Of a stretch of 64,000 bases of DNA, positions 29,756-39,537 are shown piece by piece; the first letter of the stretch is position 1, and each line of letters begins with the position of its first letter. The notes under the pieces are model-generated. The model saw only the letters and a list, made by a program, of their open reading frames with translations. It was not told where the DNA came from and did not search any database. The DNA comes from an uncultured delta proteobacterium (lineage in GTDB: Bacteria; Desulfobacterota; Binatia; HRBIN30; BPIQ01): positions 192,001-256,000 of the forward strand of contig CAVXGR010000016.1 of the NCBI GenBank assembly GCA_963761335.1, written 5' to 3'. A program made the position numbers and the translations under genes.

Positions 29756-31057
29756 TTGCGAGCTCCGGGACTGAATTCACGGCGAGAAGCGGCTCTCGCC
29801 TACGCGGCGTACAACTTTGCCCTCGCTTGTGCGGGCCTTGCCCTGCTGCCGGCGCTGCCCTGGCTGTTCGCGCGCTTCCCGGGGACCGATCTGGCGCAGC
29901 GGATGGGCGGTCTCGCCGCCGAGGTGAGGGCGCTCTGCGGGCGGCGGCCGCTGTGGGTGCACGCCGCCTCCGTGGGTGAGGTGCTGGCGGCGCAGCCGCT
30001 CATTGCCCTGTTGCGGCAGCAGATGCCCCAGATCCCGGTGATGATCACCACCACCAGCACCACCGGCCGCGCCGCGGCGCGGGCGCAGCTCGGCGTTCCC
30101 GCGACCCTGCTGCCGGCCGATCTCGAGTGGGTGGTTCGCCGGGCCGTGCGGAGCCTGCGCCCCCGCGCCCTGGTGATTCTGGAGACCGAGATCTGGCCGA
30201 ATCTGCTGCGCGCCGCCGGCGACGCCGGAGTGCCGGTCTTTCTGTTGAGTGCCCGCGTCTCGGGCCGCGCCGCCTCGCAGTACGCCTGGATCCGCCCGTT
30301 GACGCGCGCCGCGCTGGCTCATGTGCGCCAGGTGGGCGCGCAGGGCGAAGCCGATGCGGAGCGCCTGCGGCAGCTGGGAGTGGCGGCAGACAGGGTGCAG
30401 GTCACCGGCAGCCTCAAGTTTGCGCGCCAGCAGCCGACGATGTCCACCGCCCCGCCCCTGCTGGAAGGTCTCGACCGCCCGCTGCTGGTGGCGGCCAGCA
30501 CCCAGCCCGGCGAAGAAGAGGTGGTGCTCGAGGCCTGTACGGCCGTCTGGAGCCGGGAGCCACGAGCGCTTCTGGTCCTGGCGCCGCGCCGCCCGGAGAG
30601 ATTCGACGCGGTCGCCCAGATGCTCGCTGCGGCCGGGGTGCATTTCCTGCGGCGCACGCAGGGTCTCGAGCATCTGGGCGACGACGTCCGTGTTCTGTTG
30701 CTGGACACGGTCGGAGAGCTCATCCGCGTGCTCCCGGGGGCGCGCGCCGCCTTCGTCGGTGGGACGCTGGCGCCGCTCGGCGGGCACAACGTTCTCGAGC
30801 CGGCGCTGTTCGGGATTCCGGTCTGCTTCGGCCCGCACCTCGACAACGTCCGACTCGCAGCCGATGTCCTGCTGGAGGCGGGGGCCGCTGTGCAGGTCGC
30901 CGATGCCGCGTCGCTAGCGCGGTTCTGGGGCGACCTGGTGTGCGACCCGCGGGAGGCAGAGCGCCTCGGAAGGCGCGGCCGGGAGGCGGTTGCCCGCGGG
31001 GCCGAGGCGGCGCAGCGGGCCGTGGAGCTCATGCGGCCGGTTCTGGAGGAGGCGTGA
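29756..31057 (+). CDS. waaA: 3-deoxy-D-manno-octulosonic acid transferase
   Basis: WVHAASVGE, TTTSTTG, ETEIWPN, TGSLKF, AAST..GEE, LAPRRPER, DTVGEL, GGHNVLEP. Start codon uncertain (TTG). Confidence 0.93.
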   Translation: MRAPGLNSRREAALAYAAYNFALACAGLALLPALPWLFARFPGTDLAQRMGGLAAEVRALCGRRPLWVHAASVGEVLAAQPLIALLRQQMPQIPVMITTTSTTGRAAARAQLGVPATLLPADLEWVVRRAVRSLRPRALVILETEIWPNLLRAAGDAGVPVFLLSARVSGRAASQYAWIRPLTRAALAHVRQVGAQGEADAERLRQLGVAADRVQVTGSLKFARQQPTMSTAPPLLEGLDRPLLVAASTQPGEEEVVLEACTAVWSREPRALLVLAPRRPERFDAVAQMLAAAGVHFLRRTQGLEHLGDDVRVLLLDTVGELIRVLPGARAAFVGGTLAPLGGHNVLEPALFGIPVCFGPHLDNVRLAADVLLEAGAAVQVADAASLARFWGDLVCDPREAERLGRRGREAVARGAEAAQRAVELMRPVLEEA

Positions 31058-32154
31058 AGCGGCTTGCGGCGTACGTCCGCCAGCGCGCCTGGCGGCGGGA
31101 GGACCTGGGCGGCTGGGCCGGGTGGTTGGCGCTGCGCCCGCTGGCGACCCTCTTCCACGCCGGCGTACAGATGCGCGGTGTCGCCTATTACCTCGGCGTG
31201 CTCCGCCAGGCGCGTGCCGAGCTGCCGGTGATCAGCGTCGGCAATCTCACCGTCGGCGGCTCGGGCAAGACGCCGATGACCCTCTGGCTGGCCGAGTCGC
31301 TGCGCGCCCGCGGCTGGAACCCGGCCATCGTTCTGCGCGGCTACGGCGGCTCCGAGCCCGGGCCGGCGGTGGTGGCCGAGGGCGGCGTGCCGGTGGCCAC
31401 GGTCGCCGCCGCCGGGGACGAGGCGATCATGCTCGGCAAGCGCTTTGCCGGCCCGGTGATCGTGGCCCGCCGTCGCGCCGAGGGCGCGGCCCTGGCGCGA
31501 AGGCGCGGCGCCGACCTGGTGATTCTCGACGACGGATTCCAGCACCGCGCCTTGGCCCGCGACTGTGACATCGTGCTGGTGAGCTCGGTGCGCGGACCCC
31601 TCCTGCCCGCCGGTCCGCTGCGCGAGCCGGCATCGGCGCTGCGCCGCGCCGACGTCGTCGTCCGCGTGCGCAAGGAGGGGGCGCCACCGCCGGAGGCCTT
31701 CGAGCACCTCGGCTGTCCGGTTTTCGAGGCCCGCTTTCTCGCCGGGGCCCTGGTCGAGTCGGACGGCGGCCGCTGGCGGGAGCGGCCGCTGGGCTTGCTC
31801 GCCGGGCGTCGCGTGGCTACCGTGTCGGGCATCGCCGATGCCCAATCGTTTCACGAGATGGTGCGCCAGTGGGAGGCGCAGGTGGTGGAGATCCTCGATC
31901 TCGACGATCACCATGTCTACACCGCGGAGGACTGGAGGCGCATCGCCCACCGCACCCGCAACGTCGACCTCGTACTGACGACGGAGAAGGATCTGGTGAA
32001 GCTGGAAGCGTTCCCCTTCGCTCTGGGGAAGCTGCTCGCGCTTCGCGTGACCCCGGAGGTGGAGCGAGGCGAGGATCTACTGGATCTGGTCTGTGCCCGT
32101 GCGGGGCGCGCCAGGAAAGGAGGAGAGCATGGCCATCAGTCAGGAGCTGCTTGA
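31054..32154 (+). CDS. lpxK: Tetraacyldisaccharide 4'-kinase
   Basis: VISVGNLTVGGSGKTP, RGYG, GDE, LDDGFQH, LPAGPLRE, DHH, TTEKD.VK. Confidence 0.95.
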   Translation: MKRLAAYVRQRAWRREDLGGWAGWLALRPLATLFHAGVQMRGVAYYLGVLRQARAELPVISVGNLTVGGSGKTPMTLWLAESLRARGWNPAIVLRGYGGSEPGPAVVAEGGVPVATVAAAGDEAIMLGKRFAGPVIVARRRAEGAALARRRGADLVILDDGFQHRALARDCDIVLVSSVRGPLLPAGPLREPASALRRADVVVRVRKEGAPPPEAFEHLGCPVFEARFLAGALVESDGGRWRERPLGLLAGRRVATVSGIADAQSFHEMVRQWEAQVVEILDLDDHHVYTAEDWRRIAHRTRNVDLVLTTEKDLVKLEAFPFALGKLLALRVTPEVERGEDLLDLVCARAGRARKGGEHGHQSGAA

Positions 32155-32299
32155 AATTCTCGCCTGCCCGAAATGCAAGGGCGACGTCCATCTCACCGAG
32201 AAACAGGACGGCCTCGTCTGCGACAGCTGCAAGCTGCTGTACCCGATCAAGGACGACATTCCGGTGATGCTGATCGACGAAGCCGTCCATCTGGAGTAG
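32129..32299 (+). CDS. ycaR: Trm112/YcaR family protein
   Basis: LLEILACPKCKG...LVC..C.LLYPIKDDIPVML; AGGAGGAG SD; follows lpxK. Confidence 0.9.
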   Translation: MAISQELLEILACPKCKGDVHLTEKQDGLVCDSCKLLYPIKDDIPVMLIDEAVHLE

Positions 32300-32335
32300 C
32301 CGCTGGCTGCCACTGCTCCCACGGGGAGAGCCCCG

Positions 32336-33409
32336 GTGAAGGCCCGCACGCCGGCGGGGGTGCTCGTGGTGCAGACCGGCTTCCTTGGCGACGTTGTCCT
32401 GGCCACCCCGGTGCTCGCCGAGCTGAAGCGCCAGTGGCCCATGGCCCGGATCACCGTGTTGGTGCGTCCCGAAGCCGCGCCCCTGCTGCGCGGCCACCCG
32501 TACGTCGACGCCGTATGGACCGACGACAAGCGCGGTCGCGAGCGCGGTCCGCGCGGGCTATGGAGGGTCGCCGGGCGGCTGCGGCGGGGCGGCTTCGACT
32601 GTGCCGTGGGCCTGCACAAGTCGCTGCGCACTGCCCTCTTGCTCGCCCTCGCCCGCATTCCGCTGCGCGTCGGCTTTCGCCAGAGCGCCGGGTGGTTTCT
32701 CTACCACCGCCGCGCGGCGCTGCCGGCATCCGCTCACGCCGCGCAGCGGCAGCTGGCGCTTCTCGGGGCTCTCGACTTCGACTGCGACGGCTTGGCGCGA
32801 CCGCTGCTCGTGGCCGACCCGCAGGCACGGCTCGAGCTGCGGCGTTTGCTGAGCGCCGCCGGCCTTGCCGCGGGCCGAGAGTACGTCGCCCTTGCCCCCG
32901 GATCGGCATGGGCCACGAAGCGCTGGATCGCGGAGGGATATGCGCAGGTGGCGAGCGCCGTTCGCGCCAGCGGTGAAGAGGTCGTCTTCGTCGGCGCTCC
33001 CTCGGAATCCGCGTCGATCGAGGATGTGCGGCGGCGCGCCGGCGGCGGTATCAGCCTCGCCGGCGTCACCGACACCGCGGTGCTGGTCGCCGCGATCGAA
33101 GGGGCGCAGGCCCTCGTTTGCAACGACAGCGCCCCGATGCACATCGCCCAGGCGTTGTCGGTGCCGGTCGTGGCCATCTTCGGGCCGACCAGCCCGCAAA
33201 TGGGCTTCGGACCCCGCTTTGAGCCGGCAGTGGTGGTCGAGGAGAGCCTCGACTGCCGCCCGTGCTCGCGCCACGGCGGACGCCACTGCCCTCTCGGAAC
33301 GCATGCCTGCATGAAGGGAATCGCGCCGCAGCGTGTCCTGGCTGCCCTCGCCGAAGTCCGGCAACAGGCGCCGGCTCCCGTGGGGCTGGGCGAAGGGCGG
33401 ACGCCGTGA
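32336..33409 (+). CDS. GT9 LPS heptosyltransferase (WaaF-like)
   Basis: QTGFLGDVVL, APGSAWATKRW, CNDSAPMHIA, IFGPT, CRPC...C...CM. Confidence 0.88.
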   Translation: MKARTPAGVLVVQTGFLGDVVLATPVLAELKRQWPMARITVLVRPEAAPLLRGHPYVDAVWTDDKRGRERGPRGLWRVAGRLRRGGFDCAVGLHKSLRTALLLALARIPLRVGFRQSAGWFLYHRRAALPASAHAAQRQLALLGALDFDCDGLARPLLVADPQARLELRRLLSAAGLAAGREYVALAPGSAWATKRWIAEGYAQVASAVRASGEEVVFVGAPSESASIEDVRRRAGGGISLAGVTDTAVLVAAIEGAQALVCNDSAPMHIAQALSVPVVAIFGPTSPQMGFGPRFEPAVVVEESLDCRPCSRHGGRHCPLGTHACMKGIAPQRVLAALAEVRQQAPAPVGLGEGRTP

Positions 33410-34134
33410 TGCAGGCCCCTCCCGGATTTGCCTGGCGCCACAGCGGCGCCGACACGGCGCTGGTGCGCGAAGACGTCGGCGAGGAGCTCGCCGACCTGTT
33501 GCGCCAAATGATGCGCGGCGGCCTCGAGGCGACCCTGCCGGGCGGCCGGGGGGCTGCCGCCGCCGCCGCTCTCGCCGACGGGACCGAGGTGGTTCTGCGC
33601 CGCAATCGCCGCGGCGGCCTGCCTGCCGCTTTTCTCGAGGATGTCTACTTCGGTGTGCGTCCGCGCCCATTTCTCGAGGTGGCGGTGTCGCTGCAGCTGC
33701 GGCAGCGAGGCGTGCGCGTTCCCGAGCCACTCGGGGCGCTGGTACAGCGGCGCGGGCCGCTGGCGTATCGCGGTGGGGTGGCGACGCGGCGCATCGCTCG
33801 CAGCCGCAACGCCTGGGAGTACCTGCGCCGGCTCGAGAGCCGCGCCGAGCGCCGCCGGGTATGCGCCGCGCTGGTCGGTGCCGCCGAGCGCCTGCTCGAC
33901 GCTGGGGCGATACACCCAGACCTGAACCTCACCAATTTTCTGGTGCAGGACGGAGAGGGCGCTTGCGACGTGTGGATCATCGACTGCGACAAGGTGCGCT
34001 TCGGCCGCATCACCCCGAGCTGCCGCGCCCGCGTCTGGCACCGTCTGCAGCGCTCGGCGCGCCGGCTCGATCCGCGCGCCGAGATCGTCGACCCCGATTG
34101 GCTGCAACCGCTGTCATGCATATCGCCCACGTGA
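33409..34134 (+). CDS. Kdo/LPS kinase (KdkA/InaA family)
   Basis: VVLRRNRRGGL, RPF.E, HPDLNLTNFL, WIIDCDK, RLQRS..R. Confidence 0.8.
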   Translation: MQAPPGFAWRHSGADTALVREDVGEELADLLRQMMRGGLEATLPGGRGAAAAAALADGTEVVLRRNRRGGLPAAFLEDVYFGVRPRPFLEVAVSLQLRQRGVRVPEPLGALVQRRGPLAYRGGVATRRIARSRNAWEYLRRLESRAERRRVCAALVGAAERLLDAGAIHPDLNLTNFLVQDGEGACDVWIIDCDKVRFGRITPSCRARVWHRLQRSARRLDPRAEIVDPDWLQPLSCISPT

Positions 34135-35045
34135 GCCCCTGGCGCCTGCCAGTGACGCTGTATGGCGGCAGCGAGAGGGTCGCCTACTGGCAGGCGCGTG
34201 CCCAGATGCGTCTGGGGCACCGGGTGACGGTGCTCGGGGCGCCGGGCTCGCGCTGCCCCGGCGCCGAGGTGATCGAGGTGCCGCCGGGTGCCGAGCCGGG
34301 GAGGCATCTGCCCGACGGGGTGGAGGTGATTCACCTGCACGGCATGGGGGCGATTGACAGTCCGCTGCCGTTTCTGGTGACGGCGCAGGGCAACTCGCCC
34401 GGCGAGCTCGCGTATCTGCCGAACAAGATCTATGTCAGCCGCGACCATGCCCGTCGCGGCGGCGGCAAGGCGTTCGTCTACAACGGCGTCGATGCGGAGG
34501 AGTACGTCTATCGCGAGCGCAAGGACAACTACATCCTCTTTCTCTCCAAGGTCAGCCGGCGCTCGAAGGGAATTGACGTGGCTCTCCGTCTGGCGCGTCG
34601 CCTCGGCTTTCGCCTGGTGGTCGCCGGGGGCACGCGCTTCGGTCTGCGCAAGACGGGCGGGCTCTGGGACAGCCTGCGCGCCGACGCGCATTTCTGCGGG
34701 ATGGTCGGCGGTCGGCGCAAGGCCGAGCTCCTCGCCGGGGCGCGCGCGCTTCTCTTTCCGATCCGCTGGGAGGAGCCCTTTGGCATCGTCGTCGCCGAGG
34801 CCCTGATCAGCGGCACGCCGGTGATCACCACGCCGCGCGGCGCCATGCCGGAGCTGATCACGCCGGAGTGCGGAGCCCTCTGCGAGAGCGAGGAGCAGAT
34901 GGAGGACGCCGTCCGGCACCTGGGCGATCTGTCGCCGGCAGCGTGCCGGCGGCGCGCCGTCGAGCATTTCACCAGCGGCGTGTGCGCCGAGAAGTACATC
35001 CGCTACTACGAGCGCCTGCGGCGCGCCGAGCCGCTCGAGGAGTAG
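34116..35045 (+). CDS. GT4 glycosyltransferase
   Basis: MHIAHV...P...YGGSERV, VYNGVD, FPIRWEEPFGIVVAEALISGTPVI. Confidence 0.9.
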   Translation: MHIAHVSPWRLPVTLYGGSERVAYWQARAQMRLGHRVTVLGAPGSRCPGAEVIEVPPGAEPGRHLPDGVEVIHLHGMGAIDSPLPFLVTAQGNSPGELAYLPNKIYVSRDHARRGGGKAFVYNGVDAEEYVYRERKDNYILFLSKVSRRSKGIDVALRLARRLGFRLVVAGGTRFGLRKTGGLWDSLRADAHFCGMVGGRRKAELLAGARALLFPIRWEEPFGIVVAEALISGTPVITTPRGAMPELITPECGALCESEEQMEDAVRHLGDLSPAACRRRAVEHFTSGVCAEKYIRYYERLRRAEPLEE

Positions 35046-35049
35046 GCGC

Positions 35050-36069
35050 GTGCCCACCCGTGCTGCTCCGCGCCGCCTGCTGATCGTCCTCGGTGGCGCC
35101 ATCGGCGACGTCACCCGGGCCCTGCCGCTTCTCTGCCGGCTGCACCGGGCCTACGCCGAGGCAGAGATCTTCTGGGCGGTCGAGCCGGCCGCGGCGCCGC
35201 TGCTCGAGGGTCATCCGGCGCTGCACGGCGCGGTCGTCTTCGATCGGCGGCGCGGCGCCGCGGCCTTTCCGCCGTTTCTGTGGCAGGTGCGACGCCTCGG
35301 CGTCGACTGTGCTCTCGACCTGCAGCGGCACCTGAAGAGCGGCATCGTCAGCCTCGCCTCGGGAGCGCCGCGCCGCATCGGCTTTCACCGGCAGGGATCG
35401 CGCGAGGGCAACTTCCTTTTCCAGACGGAGACCCTCGCGCCGATGCCGCGCTTCAGCTCGAAGCTGGAGCAGTTTCTGCGCTTCGCCGACCACCTCGGTG
35501 CGGCGCCCGCGCCGGTCGAGTTCGGCCTGCGCCTGCGACCCGAGGAGGAGGCGGGAGTCGAGAAGTTGCTCGCCGGGGTGCCGCGGCCGTTCGCGGCCTT
35601 CTTCGTCGGCTCGACGGCCGACAGCCGTCTCTGGTTCCCGGAGCGCACCGCGCAGGTAGTCGAGGCGCTGCGGCAACGCGGCCTTGCGGCGGTGCTGGTG
35701 GGCGGGCCCGGCGAGGAGCAGTGGGCGGCGCCGATCGTCTCGGCGAGCCGCGTTCCCGTGCTCGACCTGGTCGGCCGTACCGGCCTGCGCCAGCTGATCG
35801 GCATCTTTGGGCGCGCCCGCGTCGGGGTCGGGCCCGACTGCGGCCCGATGCACCTCGCCGCCGCCGTCGGCCTGCCGGTGGTGTCGCTGTGGGGGGCGAC
35901 CAGCGCCGCCCGCTCGGCGCCGTGGGGCTCGCACCATCTGGTCGTCGAGGGCCGCGCCGAATGTATGCCCTGCTATTACAAGCACTGCCCCATCGGCCGC
36001 GTCTGCATGCAGGCCATCGAACCGGCGGCGGTGCTGGCGAAGATCGACACGGCGCTGGCGAGCGCCTGA
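35050..36069 (+). CDS. GT9 LPS heptosyltransferase (WaaC-like)
   Basis: LIV..GAIGDV..ALP, WAVE, LDLQ..LKS, GPDCGPMHLAAA, LWGAT. Confidence 0.87.
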   Translation: MPTRAAPRRLLIVLGGAIGDVTRALPLLCRLHRAYAEAEIFWAVEPAAAPLLEGHPALHGAVVFDRRRGAAAFPPFLWQVRRLGVDCALDLQRHLKSGIVSLASGAPRRIGFHRQGSREGNFLFQTETLAPMPRFSSKLEQFLRFADHLGAAPAPVEFGLRLRPEEEAGVEKLLAGVPRPFAAFFVGSTADSRLWFPERTAQVVEALRQRGLAAVLVGGPGEEQWAAPIVSASRVPVLDLVGRTGLRQLIGIFGRARVGVGPDCGPMHLAAAVGLPVVSLWGATSAARSAPWGSHHLVVEGRAECMPCYYKHCPIGRVCMQAIEPAAVLAKIDTALASA

Positions 36070-36099
36070 GGGCAGGCCGCCGCGTCGCTGAAGACCCCG

Positions 36100-36126
36100 C
36101 GAGCACGATTGCGATCACGAGCACGA
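36100..36126 (+). repeat. Short hexamer-periodic repeat
   Basis: CGAGCA CGATTG CGATCA CGAGCA CGA in the intergenic region. Confidence 0.5.
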
Positions 36127-36169
36127 AGTTGGGGCGAGCTGAGGAGGCGGCGAGCGGGGAGGGCGGCCG

Positions 36170-36198
36170 TTGACACCCCCGCCAGGCTCGTTTACTTC
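36170..36198 (+). promoter_or_regulatory. Putative sigma70 promoter
   Basis: TTGACA-N17-TACTTC, ending 18 nt before ATG 36217. Confidence 0.6.
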
Positions 36199-36216
36199 TT
36201 TTGCCGCGAGACGCGC

Positions 36217-37083
36217 ATGCCGGTGGCGGAGACATCCAACCTGCGGCTTTCCGTCATCGTCACCACCTACAACAACCCCCGCGCCCTGCGCCTGGTGCTC
36301 GCCGGGCTGGAGCGGCAGACGGTCGGGGACTTCGAGGTCGTGATCGCAGATGATGGCAGTGGCCCGGAAACGCGCGAGGTCATCGACGCCTACCGGCGGC
36401 AGGCCCCGTTTGCGCTGCGCCACGTCTGGCAGCCGGATGAAGGGTTTCGCAAGTGTGCCATCCTCAACCGCGCCGTGCGCGAAGCGTCCGGCGACTATCT
36501 GTTCTTCTTCGACGGTGACTGCGTGCCGCCGGCGCACTGTCTGCGCGCGCACCTGCGCGCCGCCCGCCGCGAGCACTACGTCTGCGGCGCCATGGTGCTG
36601 CTCAGTGCCCGCTTCGGCGAGCGCCTCACGGTGCAGGAGGTCGCCGGCGGCAGGCTCGATCGCTTCGGTCGGTGGTGGTACACGGACGTCGATCGCCGCC
36701 ACCGGCTGCTCATCAGCCGCGTTCCGGGTCTCCGCTGGGCGCTCGATCGAAACCGCAAGCGGGGAAGCATCTGGGGCGGCTCCAACTCCTCCACCTTCGC
36801 CGAGCACGTCTATCGGGTCGGCGGCTTCGACGAGCGCTTCACCTACGGCTTCGAGGATGCGGACTTCGGCCTGCGTCTCGAGGCGGCGGGGATTCGCGGT
36901 CGCTCGATTCGCTACACGGCACCGGTGTTCGCCCTGGACCACCCGCGGCCGTACGTCGACGTGGCGCAGATCGGCGTCAACCGCGCCCTGATGGAAGCCA
37001 ATCGCGCCGCCGGCATGATCTTCACTCCCTATGGACTGCCACGACAACCCCCGGAGTCCGCGACACAGGCGGTTGCCTCCTGA
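36217..37083 (+). CDS. GT2 glycosyltransferase
   Basis: SVIVTTYN, VIADDGSG, HVWQPDEGFRK..ILN, FFDGDC, GGFDERF.YG.EDAD. Confidence 0.9.
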   Translation: MPVAETSNLRLSVIVTTYNNPRALRLVLAGLERQTVGDFEVVIADDGSGPETREVIDAYRRQAPFALRHVWQPDEGFRKCAILNRAVREASGDYLFFFDGDCVPPAHCLRAHLRAARREHYVCGAMVLLSARFGERLTVQEVAGGRLDRFGRWWYTDVDRRHRLLISRVPGLRWALDRNRKRGSIWGGSNSSTFAEHVYRVGGFDERFTYGFEDADFGLRLEAAGIRGRSIRYTAPVFALDHPRPYVDVAQIGVNRALMEANRAAGMIFTPYGLPRQPPESATQAVAS

Positions 37084-37090
37084 GAGCGAG

Positions 37091-37864
37091 ATGCCAGACA
37101 ACGCATTCATTCAAGCGGTGAAGTCGGTGCGCTACGCGCCCAAGGTGGTCAACTGGCGCGAGATCGGTCGCGCCGGTTGGCGCGGCGAGGAGCTGACGCG
37201 CCTGCGCCTGCGCAACGGCGTGGTGATCGAGGCGCTACCCGCCTCGCGGCTGGTCGGTCTGTACAAGGAGATCTGGTACCGGGACGAGTACCGGCTGCGC
37301 CGCGAGCCGTTGCCGGTGGGCGCCACGGTGGTCGATATCGGCGCCAACATCGGGGTGTTCGCCCTCTATGCGGCCAGCTTCGGCGGCGCCGGCCGGGTTC
37401 TCTGCTTCGAGCCCTTTCCGGAGAGCTTCGCGGTACTGAAGCGCAACATCGAGCACAACCCCTCGCTCGGTGTCGAGGCCTATCCGCTCGGGGTGGCCGG
37501 CAGCAGCGGCAAACGCCGGCTGCAGGTCGGCGACTGCCACGGATGGAACCGCATGGTGGGCGAGGAGGGGGGCAACGCCGTGGAGATCGAGTGCGTCACC
37601 CTCGCCGAGGCTTTCGAGCGCGGCAAGGTGCAGCGCTGTGACTTCATGAAGGTGGATTGCGAGGGGGCCGAGTACGAGATCTTTCTCGAGGCCCCGCGTC
37701 AGGTACTGTCGCGCATCGACCGCATCGTGCTCGAGTATCACGACCATCTCACCGAGCACCGCCACGGCGAGTTGGTCGACGTGCTGCGGGCCGCCGGCTT
37801 CCAGGCCGAAGCCCAGGGCGGTCCGGTGACCGGCTACGTCTACGCCCGGCGGGGCGCCTCCTGA
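37091..37864 (+). CDS. FkbM-family methyltransferase
   Basis: VVDIGANIG.F, CFEP, MKVDCEGAEYEI, IVLEYH. Confidence 0.9.
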   Translation: MPDNAFIQAVKSVRYAPKVVNWREIGRAGWRGEELTRLRLRNGVVIEALPASRLVGLYKEIWYRDEYRLRREPLPVGATVVDIGANIGVFALYAASFGGAGRVLCFEPFPESFAVLKRNIEHNPSLGVEAYPLGVAGSSGKRRLQVGDCHGWNRMVGEEGGNAVEIECVTLAEAFERGKVQRCDFMKVDCEGAEYEIFLEAPRQVLSRIDRIVLEYHDHLTEHRHGELVDVLRAAGFQAEAQGGPVTGYVYARRGAS

Positions 37865-38400
37865 GGCCCGCCGCTCTTCACCGCCTGCAGCACGGCGCGG
37901 ATCTCCCGCGCCGGCAGGAGATAGGCGAAGTTCTGCTCGTAGAGGCGCGGCGACCAGCGCGCCATGGCGGCGCCCAAGCGGCTGCTGAGCGCCTTGCGGA
38001 AGGTGAGCTCGGAGCTGCGAACGCGGAACACGGCGCCGTCGTTCAGGTAGCCGTCGGCGCAGAAGAAGCCGAAGCTCTCCAGGGCGAGGTGTTGCCGATG
38101 ACTCGGGTCGAGCCACGAATCGAGCGACGAGAAATGGGGAGTGGCGATGCGTATCTCGGCGCCGTCGGCAGAGATCCGATGGATCTCGCGCAGAAAACGG
38201 CCGACGTCCGACATGTGCTCGATGACGTGGGTGCAGACGAGCAGATCGAAGGAGTCGGCGGCGAAGGGCCAGGGGATGGACTCGAGGTCGTGCACGACGT
38301 CGACGCCGGCAAAAGGCCGGCAGTCGATGCCGATGCTGCCCGGCATCTTGTTCGAGCCGCAGCCGACGTCGAGGATGCGGCTCGGCGGAGCAGAGGACAT
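37840..38400 (-). CDS. Class I SAM-dependent methyltransferase (Methyltransf_11-like)
   Basis: ILDVGCG..K, DVVHDL...PWPF, HVIEH, EIHRI, PHFS, DPSH; AGGAG SD. Confidence 0.85.
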   Translation of the reverse strand: MSSAPPSRILDVGCGSNKMPGSIGIDCRPFAGVDVVHDLESIPWPFAADSFDLLVCTHVIEHMSDVGRFLREIHRISADGAEIRIATPHFSSLDSWLDPSHRQHLALESFGFFCADGYLNDGAVFRVRSSELTFRKALSSRLGAAMARWSPRLYEQNFAYLLPAREIRAVLQAVKSGGPQEAPRRA

Positions 38401-38444
38401 GGCCATCTCCTGTAGCAAAGGGCGGAGAGCGCCGCGAGCCGCGG

Positions 38445-39425
38445 TTGAAGGGCCGCCGCGGCTGCGATAAGCGGCGCCCCGCGGGAGACCGACCGACGAA
38501 GATCAGCGGCTTCACCTTCGTGCGCAATGCCGTCGACCTCTACTATCCGGTGGTCGAGTCGATCACCTCCATCTTGCCGGTGTGCGACGAGTTCGTGGTT
38601 GCTGCCGGCGACTCGACCGACGGCACCACCGAGCTCTTGCGCGCCATCGACAGCCCCAAGCTGCGCATCATCGAGACGCGCTGGGACCCGACGCTCTTTC
38701 AGCGGGGCACCATCTTCGCCCAGCAGACGGACATTGCTCTCGACGCCTGCACGGGCGACTGGGCCTTCTACCTGCAGGCGGACGAGGTGGTGCACGAGCG
38801 CAGCCTAGAGCGCATCGAGGAGCGCCTGCGCCGCCATCTCGGCGACCGCCGCGTCGAGGGGCTACTCTTCGACTACCTGCACTTCTTCGGCGATTACGAT
38901 CATGTGCAGACGTCGCACAACTGGTACAACCACGAGATCCGCGTCGTGCGCACCGGCATTGGCGTGCGCTCCTGGCACGACGCCCAGGGATTCCGCCGCC
39001 ACGGCGAGAAGCTGCAGGTGGCGCACAGCGGCGCCTGCATCTATCACTACGGCTGGGTGCGGCCGCCGCGCAGCCTGCACCGCAAGGTGCGCGCCTTCAC
39101 CGCGGCGTATCAGGGGCTGGAGGCCGCCGAGCGACGCCAGATCGACGAGGAGAAGGCGTTCGGCTACGGACGCCTGCGCGGGCTGCGCCCCTTTCGCGGC
39201 AGCCATCCGCGAGTGATGGAGGCGCGGCTGCGGCAGCGCTCCTGGGCGGTAGAGCCGACCCCTCCCGCGGGGCACAAGCACGACCGGATCGGCGTGCAGC
39301 TCCTTTCCTTCATCGAGAATCGCCTCCTCGGCTTCCGCATCGGCGAACGGCGCAACTACATCCTTCTCCCCGGCGAAGGACCGGCGCAGTCGCCGTTGGA
39401 TTGGGGGAGAAGACTGAGCGAGTAG
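38445..39425 (+). CDS. GT2-like glycosyltransferase (start codon uncertain)
   Basis: KISGFTFVRNA...YPVVESI.SILP.CDE, GDSTDGT, WAFYLQADEV, YHYGWVRPP. The true start may be near 38496 (see findings). Confidence 0.85.
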   Translation: MKGRRGCDKRRPAGDRPTKISGFTFVRNAVDLYYPVVESITSILPVCDEFVVAAGDSTDGTTELLRAIDSPKLRIIETRWDPTLFQRGTIFAQQTDIALDACTGDWAFYLQADEVVHERSLERIEERLRRHLGDRRVEGLLFDYLHFFGDYDHVQTSHNWYNHEIRVVRTGIGVRSWHDAQGFRRHGEKLQVAHSGACIYHYGWVRPPRSLHRKVRAFTAAYQGLEAAERRQIDEEKAFGYGRLRGLRPFRGSHPRVMEARLRQRSWAVEPTPPAGHKHDRIGVQLLSFIENRLLGFRIGERRNYILLPGEGPAQSPLDWGRRLSE

Positions 39426-39537
39426 ACCGCCAGGGAGCGCGGCCATCCTGGCCACTCCCCGAAGCGCCGGGGGGACATGTGCCCGCGCCCCTGACGGGGC
39501 GCGCCGTTCGACACTGCCCGATTGTCCCCGGGTTGAC

